DNA of 64,000 bases from Clostridiales bacterium (lineage in GTDB: Bacteria > Acidobacteriota > Aminicenantia > Aminicenantales > UBA8522), in the NCBI GenBank assembly GCA_029907205.1, contig JARYMI010000010.1, positions 16,097 through 80,096 on the forward strand, read 5' to 3'. Of this stretch, positions 34,938-44,414 are shown in pieces. A program made the translations under genes and the position numbers. Below the pieces are notes generated by a model. The model was not told the DNA's origin. It did no database searches and saw only the letters and a list, made by a program, of their open reading frames with translations. Every line of letters begins with the position of its first letter. Positions within the stretch are counted from its first letter, which is position 1.

Positions 34938-37256
34938 ATGAGAATCACAATCAACGGCCGCCAGCTCGATGTCAGCGGGAAAAAGACGATTCTCGAAGTG
35001 GCCAGGGCCAACGGGATCTTCATCCCCTCCCTCTGCGATCACTCGGCTCTCGTTCCTTTCGGCGGCTGCCGGCTGTGCTTGGTGGAAATCAAAGGCCGCA
35101 AAGGCTATCCGCCTGCCTGCAGCACCTACGCTGAAGACGGCCTGGATGTCACGACCGAGAGTCCCGCGCTTCAGGCGATCCGAAGACAAGTTCTCGAGCT
35201 CATCCTTTCAGAACACCCTCATGCCTGCCTGATCTGCGCGGAAAAGAAAAACTGCGACGAATACAAGTCGACCATCCGGAAGGTCGGAGAGGTCACAGGA
35301 TGTGTCCTCTGCCCGAACAACGGCCGCTGCGAGCTCCAGGACGTCGTTGAAGCTCTGAAGATAGACCGGGTCAACTTTCCCGCCGCCTACCGCAACTTTG
35401 ACGTCCGGCGGGATGATCCTTTCTTCGACCGCAACTACAACCTCTGCATCCTCTGCGGCCGGTGCGTCAGGATCTGCCATGAGGTGAGGGGAGTCTCGGC
35501 CATCTCCTTTGTCTTCCGCGGCTCCCAGGCTGTGGTCGGGACAGTCTTTGGCCGGCCTCTTCTTGAATCGGGCTGCCAGTTCTGCGGCGCCTGCGTCGAT
35601 GTCTGTCCGACAGGGGCGCTGACCGAGCGGGCTTCTCGCGGCGAAGCCCTGCCTGATGAGGAAGACGAAACCATCTGTCCTCTCTGCAGCATTGGCTGCG
35701 GGCTTAAGGCCAGCCTCAGGGGAGGAAGAATCGTAAGTTTCGCCCCGACAAACGCTGAGGCTGTAAACCGCGGCCAGGCTTGTGTCAAAGGCCGGTTTAT
35801 CCTCCGCGACGTTGTTTATAGCCCGAAGCGAATTCTCAAGCCCCTGGTCAGGCAAAACGGCGAGCTCCATGAAGCCAGTTGGGACGAGGCTCTTGATTTT
35901 GTGGCCACTAAGCTCAAGGGATACGTTGGGAAGAACCTCGGTTTTATCAGCTCCACCCAGGTTTCACTCGAAGACATGCACGTTTTTGACAGGTTTACCC
36001 GTGAGGTCCTCCGCACAGACCAGATCATCAGTTTCAGGAATCATTCCCCTCTCGCTTCCTTCTGGAAAGAACTTCGAATGAATGGCCAGCCAGCCGAGCT
36101 GAATTTCGAGCTGGATTCCATTTCCACCGCCAAAGTCATTGTGCTGAGCGGCGCTGACATCGTTGTCTCTCACCCGATCATCTGGGTCGAGGTTTTTCGA
36201 GCTATCAAGAATGGAGCCAAGCTCGTTGTCATCAATGGAAAAGACTCGAGCCTGGAAAGACATGCCTCTTTCCATCTGAGGGTTCAAGCGGGAAGAGAGT
36301 TTTCTCTGTTTAACCATCTTACCCTGAAGCTTCTCGAGAATAATCCTGAAAACCCATATTCTCGGGTTAACGGGTATGAAACCTGGCGGGAATCCCTATT
36401 AAATGAGAAAAAGGCGGCTTTTGCCCGGGCCGATATTAACGAGGCAGAGGTTGACTTGGCGGCCAGGCTCCTTGCAGAAGGTCAGCCAACCGTGTTTCTT
36501 ATGGGCCCCTCGGTGGTCAATTCAGCGGCCGCTTCGGCCAACATACGGGCGCTCTGGAATTTGGCTCAGGTTTGCGGCGGCCGTCTCATCCCGCTCGCTG
36601 GAGAGAATAACGAGAGGGGAGCATTCGAGATCTTTTCCCGTTCTTCCGACCGCGTGTTGTCGGTTGAAGAGGCTCTCTTCAAGATCAGCCGTGGAGAGTA
36701 TAAATCTCTCTATCTTGCCGGCCCATTGCCGGTTCCTCCTGATGCAGCCGTTGAATTCCTGGTCATCCAAGATTGCTTCATGAACGAAAATGTGCAGCGC
36801 GCTGACGCCGTGCTCCCGGCTGCGACTTTTGCCGAATGCGGCGGGACCTTCGTCAACGTCGAGGGAAGAATCCGGAAATTCAAAAACATCATCGAGCCGC
36901 TCGGAGAGGCCCGGCCCGATTGGTGGATCATCTGCCGTATGGCCGAAAAAATGGGCGCGGCGGAATTCGGCTTCGAGAATGCCGCTGAAATCTTGAGTGA
37001 TCTTGGCAGGACAAGGCCCTTTTTCGAGCCAGCTTGCCACCGGCACCAGGGGAAGGGGAAAGCCGTTTTCATCCTCGACGAAAAGAAAGGCTCGGGGCAA
37101 TTCCCGTCCGGAGAATCTCCCGAACTTGCCCCGCAGAGAGCAGCGATTCATTCCTCACCAGCTGCTTCGGCTCGTGCTCTTGACTATTACCGGAGCCTCA
37201 ACCTGGTTGAGGAGAGCAAAGGTCTGAGAAAGCTGAGAGGATTGAGAGAAAAGTAA
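34938..37256 (+). CDS. NuoG/FdhA-like multi-Fe-S subunit, apparently without a catalytic cofactor (BfuA-like)
   Basis: [2Fe-2S], HxxxCxxC, an extra CxxCx5C, 2x[4Fe-4S] and CPLCSIGC..CVKG clusters. No H-cluster motifs, no Cys/Sec at the FDH Mo-ligand site, no recognisable C-terminal molybdopterin-dinucleotide domain. Confidence 0.85.
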   Translation: MRITINGRQLDVSGKKTILEVARANGIFIPSLCDHSALVPFGGCRLCLVEIKGRKGYPPACSTYAEDGLDVTTESPALQAIRRQVLELILSEHPHACLICAEKKNCDEYKSTIRKVGEVTGCVLCPNNGRCELQDVVEALKIDRVNFPAAYRNFDVRRDDPFFDRNYNLCILCGRCVRICHEVRGVSAISFVFRGSQAVVGTVFGRPLLESGCQFCGACVDVCPTGALTERASRGEALPDEEDETICPLCSIGCGLKASLRGGRIVSFAPTNAEAVNRGQACVKGRFILRDVVYSPKRILKPLVRQNGELHEASWDEALDFVATKLKGYVGKNLGFISSTQVSLEDMHVFDRFTREVLRTDQIISFRNHSPLASFWKELRMNGQPAELNFELDSISTAKVIVLSGADIVVSHPIIWVEVFRAIKNGAKLVVINGKDSSLERHASFHLRVQAGREFSLFNHLTLKLLENNPENPYSRVNGYETWRESLLNEKKAAFARADINEAEVDLAARLLAEGQPTVFLMGPSVVNSAAASANIRALWNLAQVCGGRLIPLAGENNERGAFEIFSRSSDRVLSVEEALFKISRGEYKSLYLAGPLPVPPDAAVEFLVIQDCFMNENVQRADAVLPAATFAECGGTFVNVEGRIRKFKNIIEPLGEARPDWWIICRMAEKMGAAEFGFENAAEILSDLGRTRPFFEPACHRHQGKGKAVFILDEKKGSGQFPSGESPELAPQRAAIHSSPAASARALDYYRSLNLVEESKGLRKLRGLREK

Positions 37257-38089
37257 TGGCCAAGATACTTCGCCGAGAGCGCCTTGTCCCAAACATCCAT
37301 CTTCTTGAAGTTGAGGCCCCGGAAGTGGCCCGCAAGTGCCAGCCGGGGCAGTTTGTCATCGTCATGCCTGACGAGAAAGGAGAGCGAATTCCCCTGACCA
37401 TCGCTGATTGGGATGAAAGCCGCGGATCGGTCACCTCTGTCGTCATGATTGTCGGCACGTCAACCCAAAAGCTTTCTCTCCTCAAGGCAGGGGATGAGAT
37501 TCCCGTCTATGTCGGGCCTCTAGGCAGGCCGTCAGAGATCAAGAATTTCGGGACGGTCCTGTGCGCGGGCGGCTGCTTCGGCATCGCCGCCATTTATCCT
37601 ATGGCCCGGGCCCTCAAGCGAAGCGGCAACCGGGTAATCACTCTTTTAGACGTCAAAGCCAACTACCTCCTCTATTGGGAAGACAGACTCAAGAACGTTA
37701 GCGACGAAATCCATATCTCGGCCCGGGACAGCGCGTTCGATTGCCGGGATTACATCCCGAAAAAAGTTCAGGCCCTCCTCGAGAAAAAGAAAAAGCTGGA
37801 CCGGGTGATCGCCATCGGCTGCACCTATCTCATGTATTCTTGCGCAGAAGCGACGCGGCCATCCGGAGTGAAAACAATCGTCAGCCTTAACCCGATCATG
37901 GTCGACGGCACCGGGATGTGCGGCGCCTGCCGCTTGACGGACGGAGGCAAAACGAAATTCGCCTGCGTTGACGGCCCGGATTTCGACGGCCACACCGTTG
38001 ACTGGCAGGAGCTATTCTCAAGGCGCAAAGCCTACTTCGAGGACGAAATCAAATCCCTTTGCGAATGGGAGAAGGACCGGTTTGCCTGA
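37256..38089 (+). CDS. nfnA: NfnA-like FAD/[2Fe-2S] subunit (PyrK/SudB family)
   Basis: PGQFVIV..GERIPLTIAD, GPLG, MVDGTGMCGACR, ACVDGPDFD. Confidence 0.85.
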   Translation: MAKILRRERLVPNIHLLEVEAPEVARKCQPGQFVIVMPDEKGERIPLTIADWDESRGSVTSVVMIVGTSTQKLSLLKAGDEIPVYVGPLGRPSEIKNFGTVLCAGGCFGIAAIYPMARALKRSGNRVITLLDVKANYLLYWEDRLKNVSDEIHISARDSAFDCRDYIPKKVQALLEKKKKLDRVIAIGCTYLMYSCAEATRPSGVKTIVSLNPIMVDGTGMCGACRLTDGGKTKFACVDGPDFDGHTVDWQELFSRRKAYFEDEIKSLCEWEKDRFA

Positions 38090-38140
38090 AGATTGCGGAG
38101 TGACAAAAGTGATGCATCGCCTATTAGGATAGAGTGAAAA

Positions 38141-39643
38141 ATGAGTGAGAAACAAGAGCTGGCGCCCGAGCTCAAGGAAGGGCTAAAAGCCGAGTTCGAC
38201 AAGGACTGGCGGAAGGAGCTGAGGAAGGCCATTCCGGCCAAAGAAAGGATGAAGATTCCGCGGCAGAAGATGCCGGAGCGAGAACCCGAGGTGCGGAACC
38301 GGGATTTCAAGGAAGTCAACCTGGGGCTCGAGGCTGAAGCGGCGCGGCGTGAAGCCCAGCGCTGCCTGGATTGCGCTAACCCTTCGTGTGTTACAGGCTG
38401 CCCTGTGGCCATCGATATCCCTACCTTCGTCAAGCTCATCGAGAAGGGAGAATTCGTGGCCAGCCTTCGAACGATCAAGGAGACAAACAGTCTCCCGGCC
38501 ATCTGCGGCCGCGTCTGTCCGCAGGAAACCCAGTGCGAGGTCGTCTGTAACCTGAAAAAGGCGACGGGTGCGCCCGTGGCCATCGGCAACCTAGAGAGGT
38601 TCGTCTCTGACGTTGAGTACAGAGAAGGGAAAGTCTTTGTCCCGGCGATCCCGCCTTCCACAGGGAAAAGGGTTGCCATCATTGGCGCCGGCCCAGCCGG
38701 CCTGACTGTGGCCGGGGAACTGGCTAAAAAAGGCCACAAAGTGACGATTTTCGAAGCCCTCCACATCGCCGGCGGCGTGTTGGTCTACGGCATTCCTGAG
38801 TTCCGTCTTCCCAAGAGCATCCTCAAGGCCGAGGTCGATTATCTCGAAAAGTTAGGCGTCGAGCTGAAGATGAGTTTTGTCGTCGGAAAAGCAGCCACTA
38901 TCGATGACCTCCGGAAAGACGGCTATGACGCCTTTTTTATCGGGACCGGAGCCGGGCTTCCGAATTTCATGCGCATTCCCGGGGAAAACCTCATCGGGGT
39001 CTATTCAGCTAACGAGTACCTGACCCGGGTGAACCTGATGCGGGCCTACGATTTTCCGGCTTACGACACGCCCGTTTTCCGGGGGAAACGGGTGGCTGTC
39101 ATCGGCGGCGGCAACGTGGCCATGGACTCGGTGCGGACGGCCAAGAGGCTCGGAGCTGACCTGGCAGCCATCATCTACCGCCGTTCCCGGCACGAGATGC
39201 CGGCCAGGGAAGAAGAAGTCAAGCACGCCGAGGAGGAGGGAATCGAGTTCCATTTCCTGACGACGCCCATCCGGTATATCGGCGACAACGACAACAAAGT
39301 CAAGGCCATGGAGTGCCTGCGCATGGAACTCGGCGAGCCCGACTCCTCGGGCCGGCGGCGTCCTGTGCCGGTCGAGGGTTCTGAGTTTATGACCGAAGTG
39401 GACATGGTCGTCGTGGCCATTGGCCAGAGCCCCAACCCCTTAATGGCCCAGACAACACCCGACCTCAAAGTGGGCAAGTGGGGGAATCTCGAGGTCGACT
39501 GGAAAACCATGGCCACGAGCATTCCCGGAGTTTACGCCGGCGGAGACATCGTCAGGGGAGGGGCCACGGTTATCCTGGCCATGGGGGACGGCCGCCTGGC
39601 TGCGCAGGAAATCGATAAGTACCTGAAAGATGGCCAGAGATGA
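38141..39643 (+). CDS. nfnB: NfnB/SudA (GltD-like) NADPH-dependent flavoprotein
   Basis: RCLDC, CGRVCPQETQCE, GAGPAG, YGIPEFRL, GGGNVAMD, YRRS, AGGDIVRGGATVILAM. Confidence 0.9.
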   Translation: MSEKQELAPELKEGLKAEFDKDWRKELRKAIPAKERMKIPRQKMPEREPEVRNRDFKEVNLGLEAEAARREAQRCLDCANPSCVTGCPVAIDIPTFVKLIEKGEFVASLRTIKETNSLPAICGRVCPQETQCEVVCNLKKATGAPVAIGNLERFVSDVEYREGKVFVPAIPPSTGKRVAIIGAGPAGLTVAGELAKKGHKVTIFEALHIAGGVLVYGIPEFRLPKSILKAEVDYLEKLGVELKMSFVVGKAATIDDLRKDGYDAFFIGTGAGLPNFMRIPGENLIGVYSANEYLTRVNLMRAYDFPAYDTPVFRGKRVAVIGGGNVAMDSVRTAKRLGADLAAIIYRRSRHEMPAREEEVKHAEEEGIEFHFLTTPIRYIGDNDNKVKAMECLRMELGEPDSSGRRRPVPVEGSEFMTEVDMVVVAIGQSPNPLMAQTTPDLKVGKWGNLEVDWKTMATSIPGVYAGGDIVRGGATVILAMGDGRLAAQEIDKYLKDGQR

Positions 39644-39677
39644 GACCTCCGGCTTTGCTATATAAGGGAGGATTGCT

Positions 39678-40976
39678 ATGAGCTGGGTTGATGCTTATAA
39701 AAAGAAACTGGCGAGCGCCGAAGAAGCCGTTTCCGTCGTCAAAAGCGGCGACCGGGTTTACATCAGCGGGAACGCGGCCACCCCGTATGTCCTGATGAAA
39801 GCGTTGGCTGCCCGCAAGGATGAGCTCAAGGATGTAGAACTCGTCCATGTTCTTCTCCTTGGAGAAGACCCCCTGAGCAAGCCTGAAATGGAAGGCCACT
39901 TCCGCCACAACTCGCTCTTTGTCGGGCCGGCCGACCGGAAGGCCATCAATGAGGGGCGGGCTGATTACGTTCCCATATTTCTCCATCAGATTCCTCTCCT
40001 CTTCCTTACAGGACAGATGCCGCTGGATGTGGCCATCCTCCATGTCTCACCGCCTGACGAACACGGGTTCATGAGCCTGGGGGTGGAGGTGTTGGCTTCC
40101 AAGGCCGCTGCTGAAAAGGCCAAAATCGTTATCGCTCAAGTCAATGACAAGATGCCCCGCGTCCTGGGCGATTCTTTCCTGCACGTTTCCCGCTTCCATA
40201 AAATCGTCGAGATCTCCGAGCCCCTTCCACAACTGAAAAAAAGTCCGTTCAGTGAAGTCGAAAGAATGATCGGTAAGTATATCGCCGAACTGATCGAGGA
40301 CGGGTCCACCCTGCAGTTGGGAATCGGCGGGATCCCCGACGCCGTCCTGGCGGCCCTGGCCAACAGGCGCGACCTGGGAATCCACACCGAGATGGTCTCG
40401 GATGGCGTCATGGAGGCCATCGAAGCGGGCATTATCACCGGCGCCAGAAAGACATTTCATCCATATAAGGTCGTCATCACCTTTGCCCTGGGCAGCACAA
40501 GGCTCTATGATTTCATCGACAACAACCCGATCTTCGAAGCTCATCCCACTGATTATGTCAATCATCCCTTTAACGTCGCCCGGAACGACAACATGATAGC
40601 CATAAACTCGGCTATTGAGGTCGACATTACCGGACAGGTCTGTTCCGACTCGATCGGAACCTACATCTACAGCGGGTTCGGCGGCCAGGTTGATTTCATC
40701 CGCGGCGCTGCCCATTCCAGAGGAGGAAAGCCGATCATCGCGCTTCCTTCGACCGCCAAAGAGGGAGAAACGTCCCGGATCGTTCCTTTCCTCAAGAAAG
40801 GAGCCGGCGTCGTGACAACCAGGGGCGATGTCAGGTATGTCGTGACCGAATACGGCGTTGCTTATCTTTTCGGAAAGAACCTCCAGGAGCGGACTAAAGC
40901 ACTGATCAACATTGCTCATCCCAAGTTCCGGCCCGACCTAATCCGCGAAGCCAAAGCGAGGAATCTCCTAAAATAG
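39678..40976 (+). CDS. Acetyl-CoA hydrolase/CoA-transferase (4-hydroxybutyrate CoA-transferase family)
   Basis: LQLGIGGIPDAV, GIHTEM (catalytic Glu), SGFGGQVDF, VVTEYG. Confidence 0.92.
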   Translation: MSWVDAYKKKLASAEEAVSVVKSGDRVYISGNAATPYVLMKALAARKDELKDVELVHVLLLGEDPLSKPEMEGHFRHNSLFVGPADRKAINEGRADYVPIFLHQIPLLFLTGQMPLDVAILHVSPPDEHGFMSLGVEVLASKAAAEKAKIVIAQVNDKMPRVLGDSFLHVSRFHKIVEISEPLPQLKKSPFSEVERMIGKYIAELIEDGSTLQLGIGGIPDAVLAALANRRDLGIHTEMVSDGVMEAIEAGIITGARKTFHPYKVVITFALGSTRLYDFIDNNPIFEAHPTDYVNHPFNVARNDNMIAINSAIEVDITGQVCSDSIGTYIYSGFGGQVDFIRGAAHSRGGKPIIALPSTAKEGETSRIVPFLKKGAGVVTTRGDVRYVVTEYGVAYLFGKNLQERTKALINIAHPKFRPDLIREAKARNLLK

Positions 40977-40991
40977 GACATCTGGCACCCG

Positions 40992-41654
40992 ATGGAGCAG
41001 TCCGACCTCTTCCCCGCAGAAAAAGGCCACATCGGCACTGACGAGTCGGGAAAAGGTGATTATTTCGGGCCTCTGGTCATCGCCGGGGTCTTTCTGTTAG
41101 ACGAACAAGAACAGGTCATGCGGGAACTGGGAGTCAGGGACAGCAAGACGTTTTCGGACAACCGCGTCCGGGAAATGGCTGAAATCATCAAGAAGGGGTA
41201 CAAACATTCTGTTGTCGCCATCGGGCCGGAAAGGTATAACGAACTTTACGCCAACCTGCGCAACCTCAACCGCCTCTTAGCCTGGGGTCATTCACGGGTG
41301 ATCGAAAATATCCTTGGCGAGGTTCCCTGCAAGCTTGCCATCACTGACCAATTCGGCGACAGGCTCTACGTCCTGAATGCCCTGATGAAAAAAGGAAAGA
41401 CAATCGAGCTTGTCCAGAAGCCAAAGGCCGAAGAGGACATGGCTGTGGCGGCCGCCTCGATCCTGGCCCGGGCAGAATTCCTGAAGCGGCTTTATTTCCT
41501 CTCAGGGGATGTCGGGGTTGACCTCCCCAAGGGCTCCTCTCCGCTGGCCGAGGAGGCCGGGGTGAAGCTGGTGAAGATGCACGGCGTGGAAATCCTGAAT
41601 AGGGTGGCCAAGAAACACTTCAAGCTCACCGAAAGAATCGTCGCCCTCCTTTAA
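40992..41654 (+). CDS. rnhC: Ribonuclease HIII, catalytic domain only
   Basis: IGTDESGKGDYFGPL, DSK, LLAWGH, DQF, AVAAASILAR, LPKG, AKKHF. Confidence 0.85.
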   Translation: MEQSDLFPAEKGHIGTDESGKGDYFGPLVIAGVFLLDEQEQVMRELGVRDSKTFSDNRVREMAEIIKKGYKHSVVAIGPERYNELYANLRNLNRLLAWGHSRVIENILGEVPCKLAITDQFGDRLYVLNALMKKGKTIELVQKPKAEEDMAVAAASILARAEFLKRLYFLSGDVGVDLPKGSSPLAEEAGVKLVKMHGVEILNRVAKKHFKLTERIVALL

Positions 41655-41656
41655 AA

Positions 41657-41768
41657 GGGGGACGTCATACATAATTACCCTAATTCTTATGAAAATAGGT
41701 GACAGTATACCTTAATTATGCGCGCCATAATTTTGTGTATTACGTATGCTGTCCCCCAATTTCGAGAC
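41657..41768. repeat. Family-B palindromic repeat (about 100 bp, AT-rich core)
   Basis: ggggacgtcatacataat ... attacgtatgctgtcccc inverted arms (3 mismatches in 18); internal aaataggtgacagtatac. Confidence 0.65.
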
Positions 41769-41809
41769 GTTGTATAATAGGCCCACGATCGTTGCAGGAG
41801 GCAGGAAGG

Positions 41810-43033
41810 ATGAGCCATCAGGACAAGGAGCAAGGACAGAGAGAGACAAAAAGGCTCTATTTTGAGGATGCTTATCAGAAAGAATTCGAGGCGACGGTTG
41901 TCGATAAGTTTCGTTTTGATGGAAAGCCGGCTGTCGTCCTCGACCAGACGTGCTTTTACCCTGAATCAGGCGGCCAGCCCTCCGACCGCGGCTTTCTCGG
42001 GGAAGCAGCCGTCGTCCAAGTTTTAGAGGACGGCGAAAGAATTGTCCATCTTCTTGAGAAAGACATCGACGCAGATAAAGTCCGGGGAAGCATAGACTGG
42101 CCGCGGCGGTTTGACCACATGCAGCAACACTCGGGCCAGCACATCCTTTCACAGAGCTTTTTTGAGCTTCTCCGCGGCGAAACGCTTTCTTTCCATCTGG
42201 GAGAGGCTATCTCGACTCTTGAGATTGGAATCAGGGCTATATCCGACTCTGACGTCAGCCGCGTGGAGGAGCGGGCCAACGAGGTCGTTTTTGAAGACAG
42301 GGAAATCAAGACATATTTTATCCCTGAAGAGAAGGTCTCGTCCATTCCTTTGCGGCGGCCGCCGAAAAAGGAAGGCCTCATCCGGGTGGTCGAGGTGAGC
42401 GGCTTCGATTATTCTGCCTGCGGCGGGACGCACTGCCGGCGGACAGGCGAGATCGGGTTGACTAAGGTCATCAAATGGGAAAAGATCAGGGGCAACCTGC
42501 GTTTCGAGTTCCTTTGCGGCCGCCGGGCAATCGAAGATTATGCCTGGAAAAACAGGGCGCTGGTAGAAATGGCTGCCAGGTTCTCTGCAAACGAGAAGAA
42601 CATTCCTGCAGCTATGGAGAAGACAGTTTCAGAGCTCAAGCAAGCCAGGAAAAAAATGCGGCAGCTCCAGGAAAAACTGGCTGGGTATGAAGCCGAGGAG
42701 ATAATCAAGAAATCAAAAGAAAGGATCATCACTGCGGCCTGGACGGACAAGACGCCCGAGGAAGGAAAACTGCTCGCACTAAACATCATCAAGGCCGGCG
42801 AATTCGCCGTTCTCTACGGCATCGAGGGCGAGGAAAGAAATCATCTTGTTTTCGCTTCCTCCGAGACGCTGCCGCTGGACATGAGGGAGCTTCTTCCCCT
42901 CGTGTTTTCGCACGTCCAAGGCAAGGGCGGCGGCAGCTCTTCGCTCGTGGAAATCGTGATCGATAAGGACAAAGACCTGAAAGAGCTTTTAAAGTTAGCC
43001 TTTGAATCTATCAATCAGAAGCTAAAATATTAG
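41810..43033 (+). CDS. Alanyl-tRNA editing protein AlaX-L (with DHHA1 domain)
   Basis: FYPESGGQPSD, HMQQHSGQH, CGGTH, C-terminal GKGGG. Confidence 0.9.
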   Translation: MSHQDKEQGQRETKRLYFEDAYQKEFEATVVDKFRFDGKPAVVLDQTCFYPESGGQPSDRGFLGEAAVVQVLEDGERIVHLLEKDIDADKVRGSIDWPRRFDHMQQHSGQHILSQSFFELLRGETLSFHLGEAISTLEIGIRAISDSDVSRVEERANEVVFEDREIKTYFIPEEKVSSIPLRRPPKKEGLIRVVEVSGFDYSACGGTHCRRTGEIGLTKVIKWEKIRGNLRFEFLCGRRAIEDYAWKNRALVEMAARFSANEKNIPAAMEKTVSELKQARKKMRQLQEKLAGYEAEEIIKKSKERIITAAWTDKTPEEGKLLALNIIKAGEFAVLYGIEGEERNHLVFASSETLPLDMRELLPLVFSHVQGKGGGSSSLVEIVIDKDKDLKELLKLAFESINQKLKY

Positions 43034-43133
43034 GCGCTCTTCTCCCCGCAACGCCTGCAGCGTAAGGGAGTTCCCCACGGGGGGATGGACGGAGCGAGGA
43101 CGGACGGAAACGCGCCATGACAGGACCCGTTCT
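43034..43133 (+). repeat. Family-A MITE-like element, degenerate partial copy
   Basis: gcagcgtaagggagttccccacggggggatggacggagcgaggacgg...gacaggacccgttct matches the copies at 47784 and 50498. Confidence 0.8.
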
Positions 43134-43166
43134 CAGCGTCTTGGGGCTTCGACCCCAAACCCGAGC

Positions 43167-44414
43167 CTATTCATAACGGAGGGAGACGATCGGGTCGACC
43201 CGCGCGGCTTTCCGGGCCGGGAAAATCCCGAAGAAGAGTCCCACTGAAACCGAGACGACAAGCCCAAGGATGACGGACCAGGACGTCACCGAAGCGGGCA
43301 GGGGAGTGGCGGCCTTGACGAGGAAGGCGATGGTAAACCCGATGATGATTCCCAGGATGCCTCCCGTTCCAGTGAGAAAGACGGCCTCTATCAGAAACTG
43401 CTTGAGGATGTCGGCCGAACGGGCGCCGATGGCCTTGCGGATGCCGATCTCCCGCGTCCTTTCTTTGACCGAGACTAACATGATGTTCATGACGCCGATC
43501 CCGCCGACGAGCAGGCCGATCGATGAGATGACGATCATCACCAAGTAGGCGGCCCCAGTAATCTGGTTATAGAGGTCGACGATCGTGTCCTGGGTGGACA
43601 CGGCAAAATCGTTTGGCTTGCCGAACCCAACTTTCCGCCTTTTTCTGAGAATATTCGTTATCTCCTCGATGGCCTCCGGGATGGTTCCTTGTTCTTTGGG
43701 AGTGGCGACGACCTCCAGGTTCTCGAGGTCGTAGGGGAAGTATTTCATCAGGGTGGTGATGGGAATGCCGACAAAATTATCCTGGCTTCGTCCTAACATG
43801 CTCCCCCTTTTCTTCAGGACGCCGACGACCACGAACTTTTCCGGGCCTATCCTGATTTCCTTCTCCAGCGGGCTCGTGTGCGGAAAGAGGACCTCGGCCA
43901 GCTCGGCCCCTAAGACGCAGACCTTGGCACTGTGCTTGATGTCGGACTCGCTGAGAAACCTGCCTTTCTCCGGAAGGTAGACGGACAGCACCTGGGGGAA
44001 TTTTTCGTTCATGCCGAGGATGATGGAGTCCTCGCTCTTCGTGTTCTGGTACTTGATCGGGAGGCTCTCGAAGACGTTCACGACAAGGTCAACGGCCACG
44101 GCCTTGATGAGAGAGCCTTCCTGCTCAAGGGCGAGGGCGTCCTCAAAGGTGAGGTTTTTCCTCTGTCTTTCTTCCTCCGAACGTCGGCCGACCTGGATTC
44201 CTGGCTCATACTTGGTAACGATGATGATGTCCGAGCCGACCGATTCGAGCTCCCGGAGAAAAGAGCGGTTAAGACCCTGGATAATCGAGACCATCCCGAT
44301 GACTGTCATAACCCCGATGACGATGCCCAGGACTGTCAGGAAAGACCGAAGCTTATGAGTCTTGAGCGAATCGAAGGCCATGGCCAGGATTTCACCAAGG
44401 ATACCGGGCCTCAT
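43167..44414 (-). CDS. ABC transporter permease, MacB/FtsX family
   Basis: RSFLTVLGIVIGV, LLVGGIGVMNIMLVSVKERTREIGIRKAIGA. Confidence 0.93.
   Translation of the reverse strand: MRPGILGEILAMAFDSLKTHKLRSFLTVLGIVIGVMTVIGMVSIIQGLNRSFLRELESVGSDIIIVTKYEPGIQVGRRSEEERQRKNLTFEDALALEQEGSLIKAVAVDLVVNVFESLPIKYQNTKSEDSIILGMNEKFPQVLSVYLPEKGRFLSESDIKHSAKVCVLGAELAEVLFPHTSPLEKEIRIGPEKFVVVGVLKKRGSMLGRSQDNFVGIPITTLMKYFPYDLENLEVVATPKEQGTIPEAIEEITNILRKRRKVGFGKPNDFAVSTQDTIVDLYNQITGAAYLVMIVISSIGLLVGGIGVMNIMLVSVKERTREIGIRKAIGARSADILKQFLIEAVFLTGTGGILGIIIGFTIAFLVKAATPLPASVTSWSVILGLVVSVSVGLFFGIFPARKAARVDPIVSLRYE

Noticed and set aside
34938-37256. Formate dehydrogenase (including selenocysteine readthrough) or [FeFe]-hydrogenase
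   Set aside because: No in-frame TGA or Cys at the Mo-ligand site, no C-terminal cofactor-binding domain and no H-cluster motifs.
38141-39643. Glutamate synthase small subunit
   Set aside because: No gltB in the window, and the adjacent NfnA-like gene indicates NfnB/SudA.
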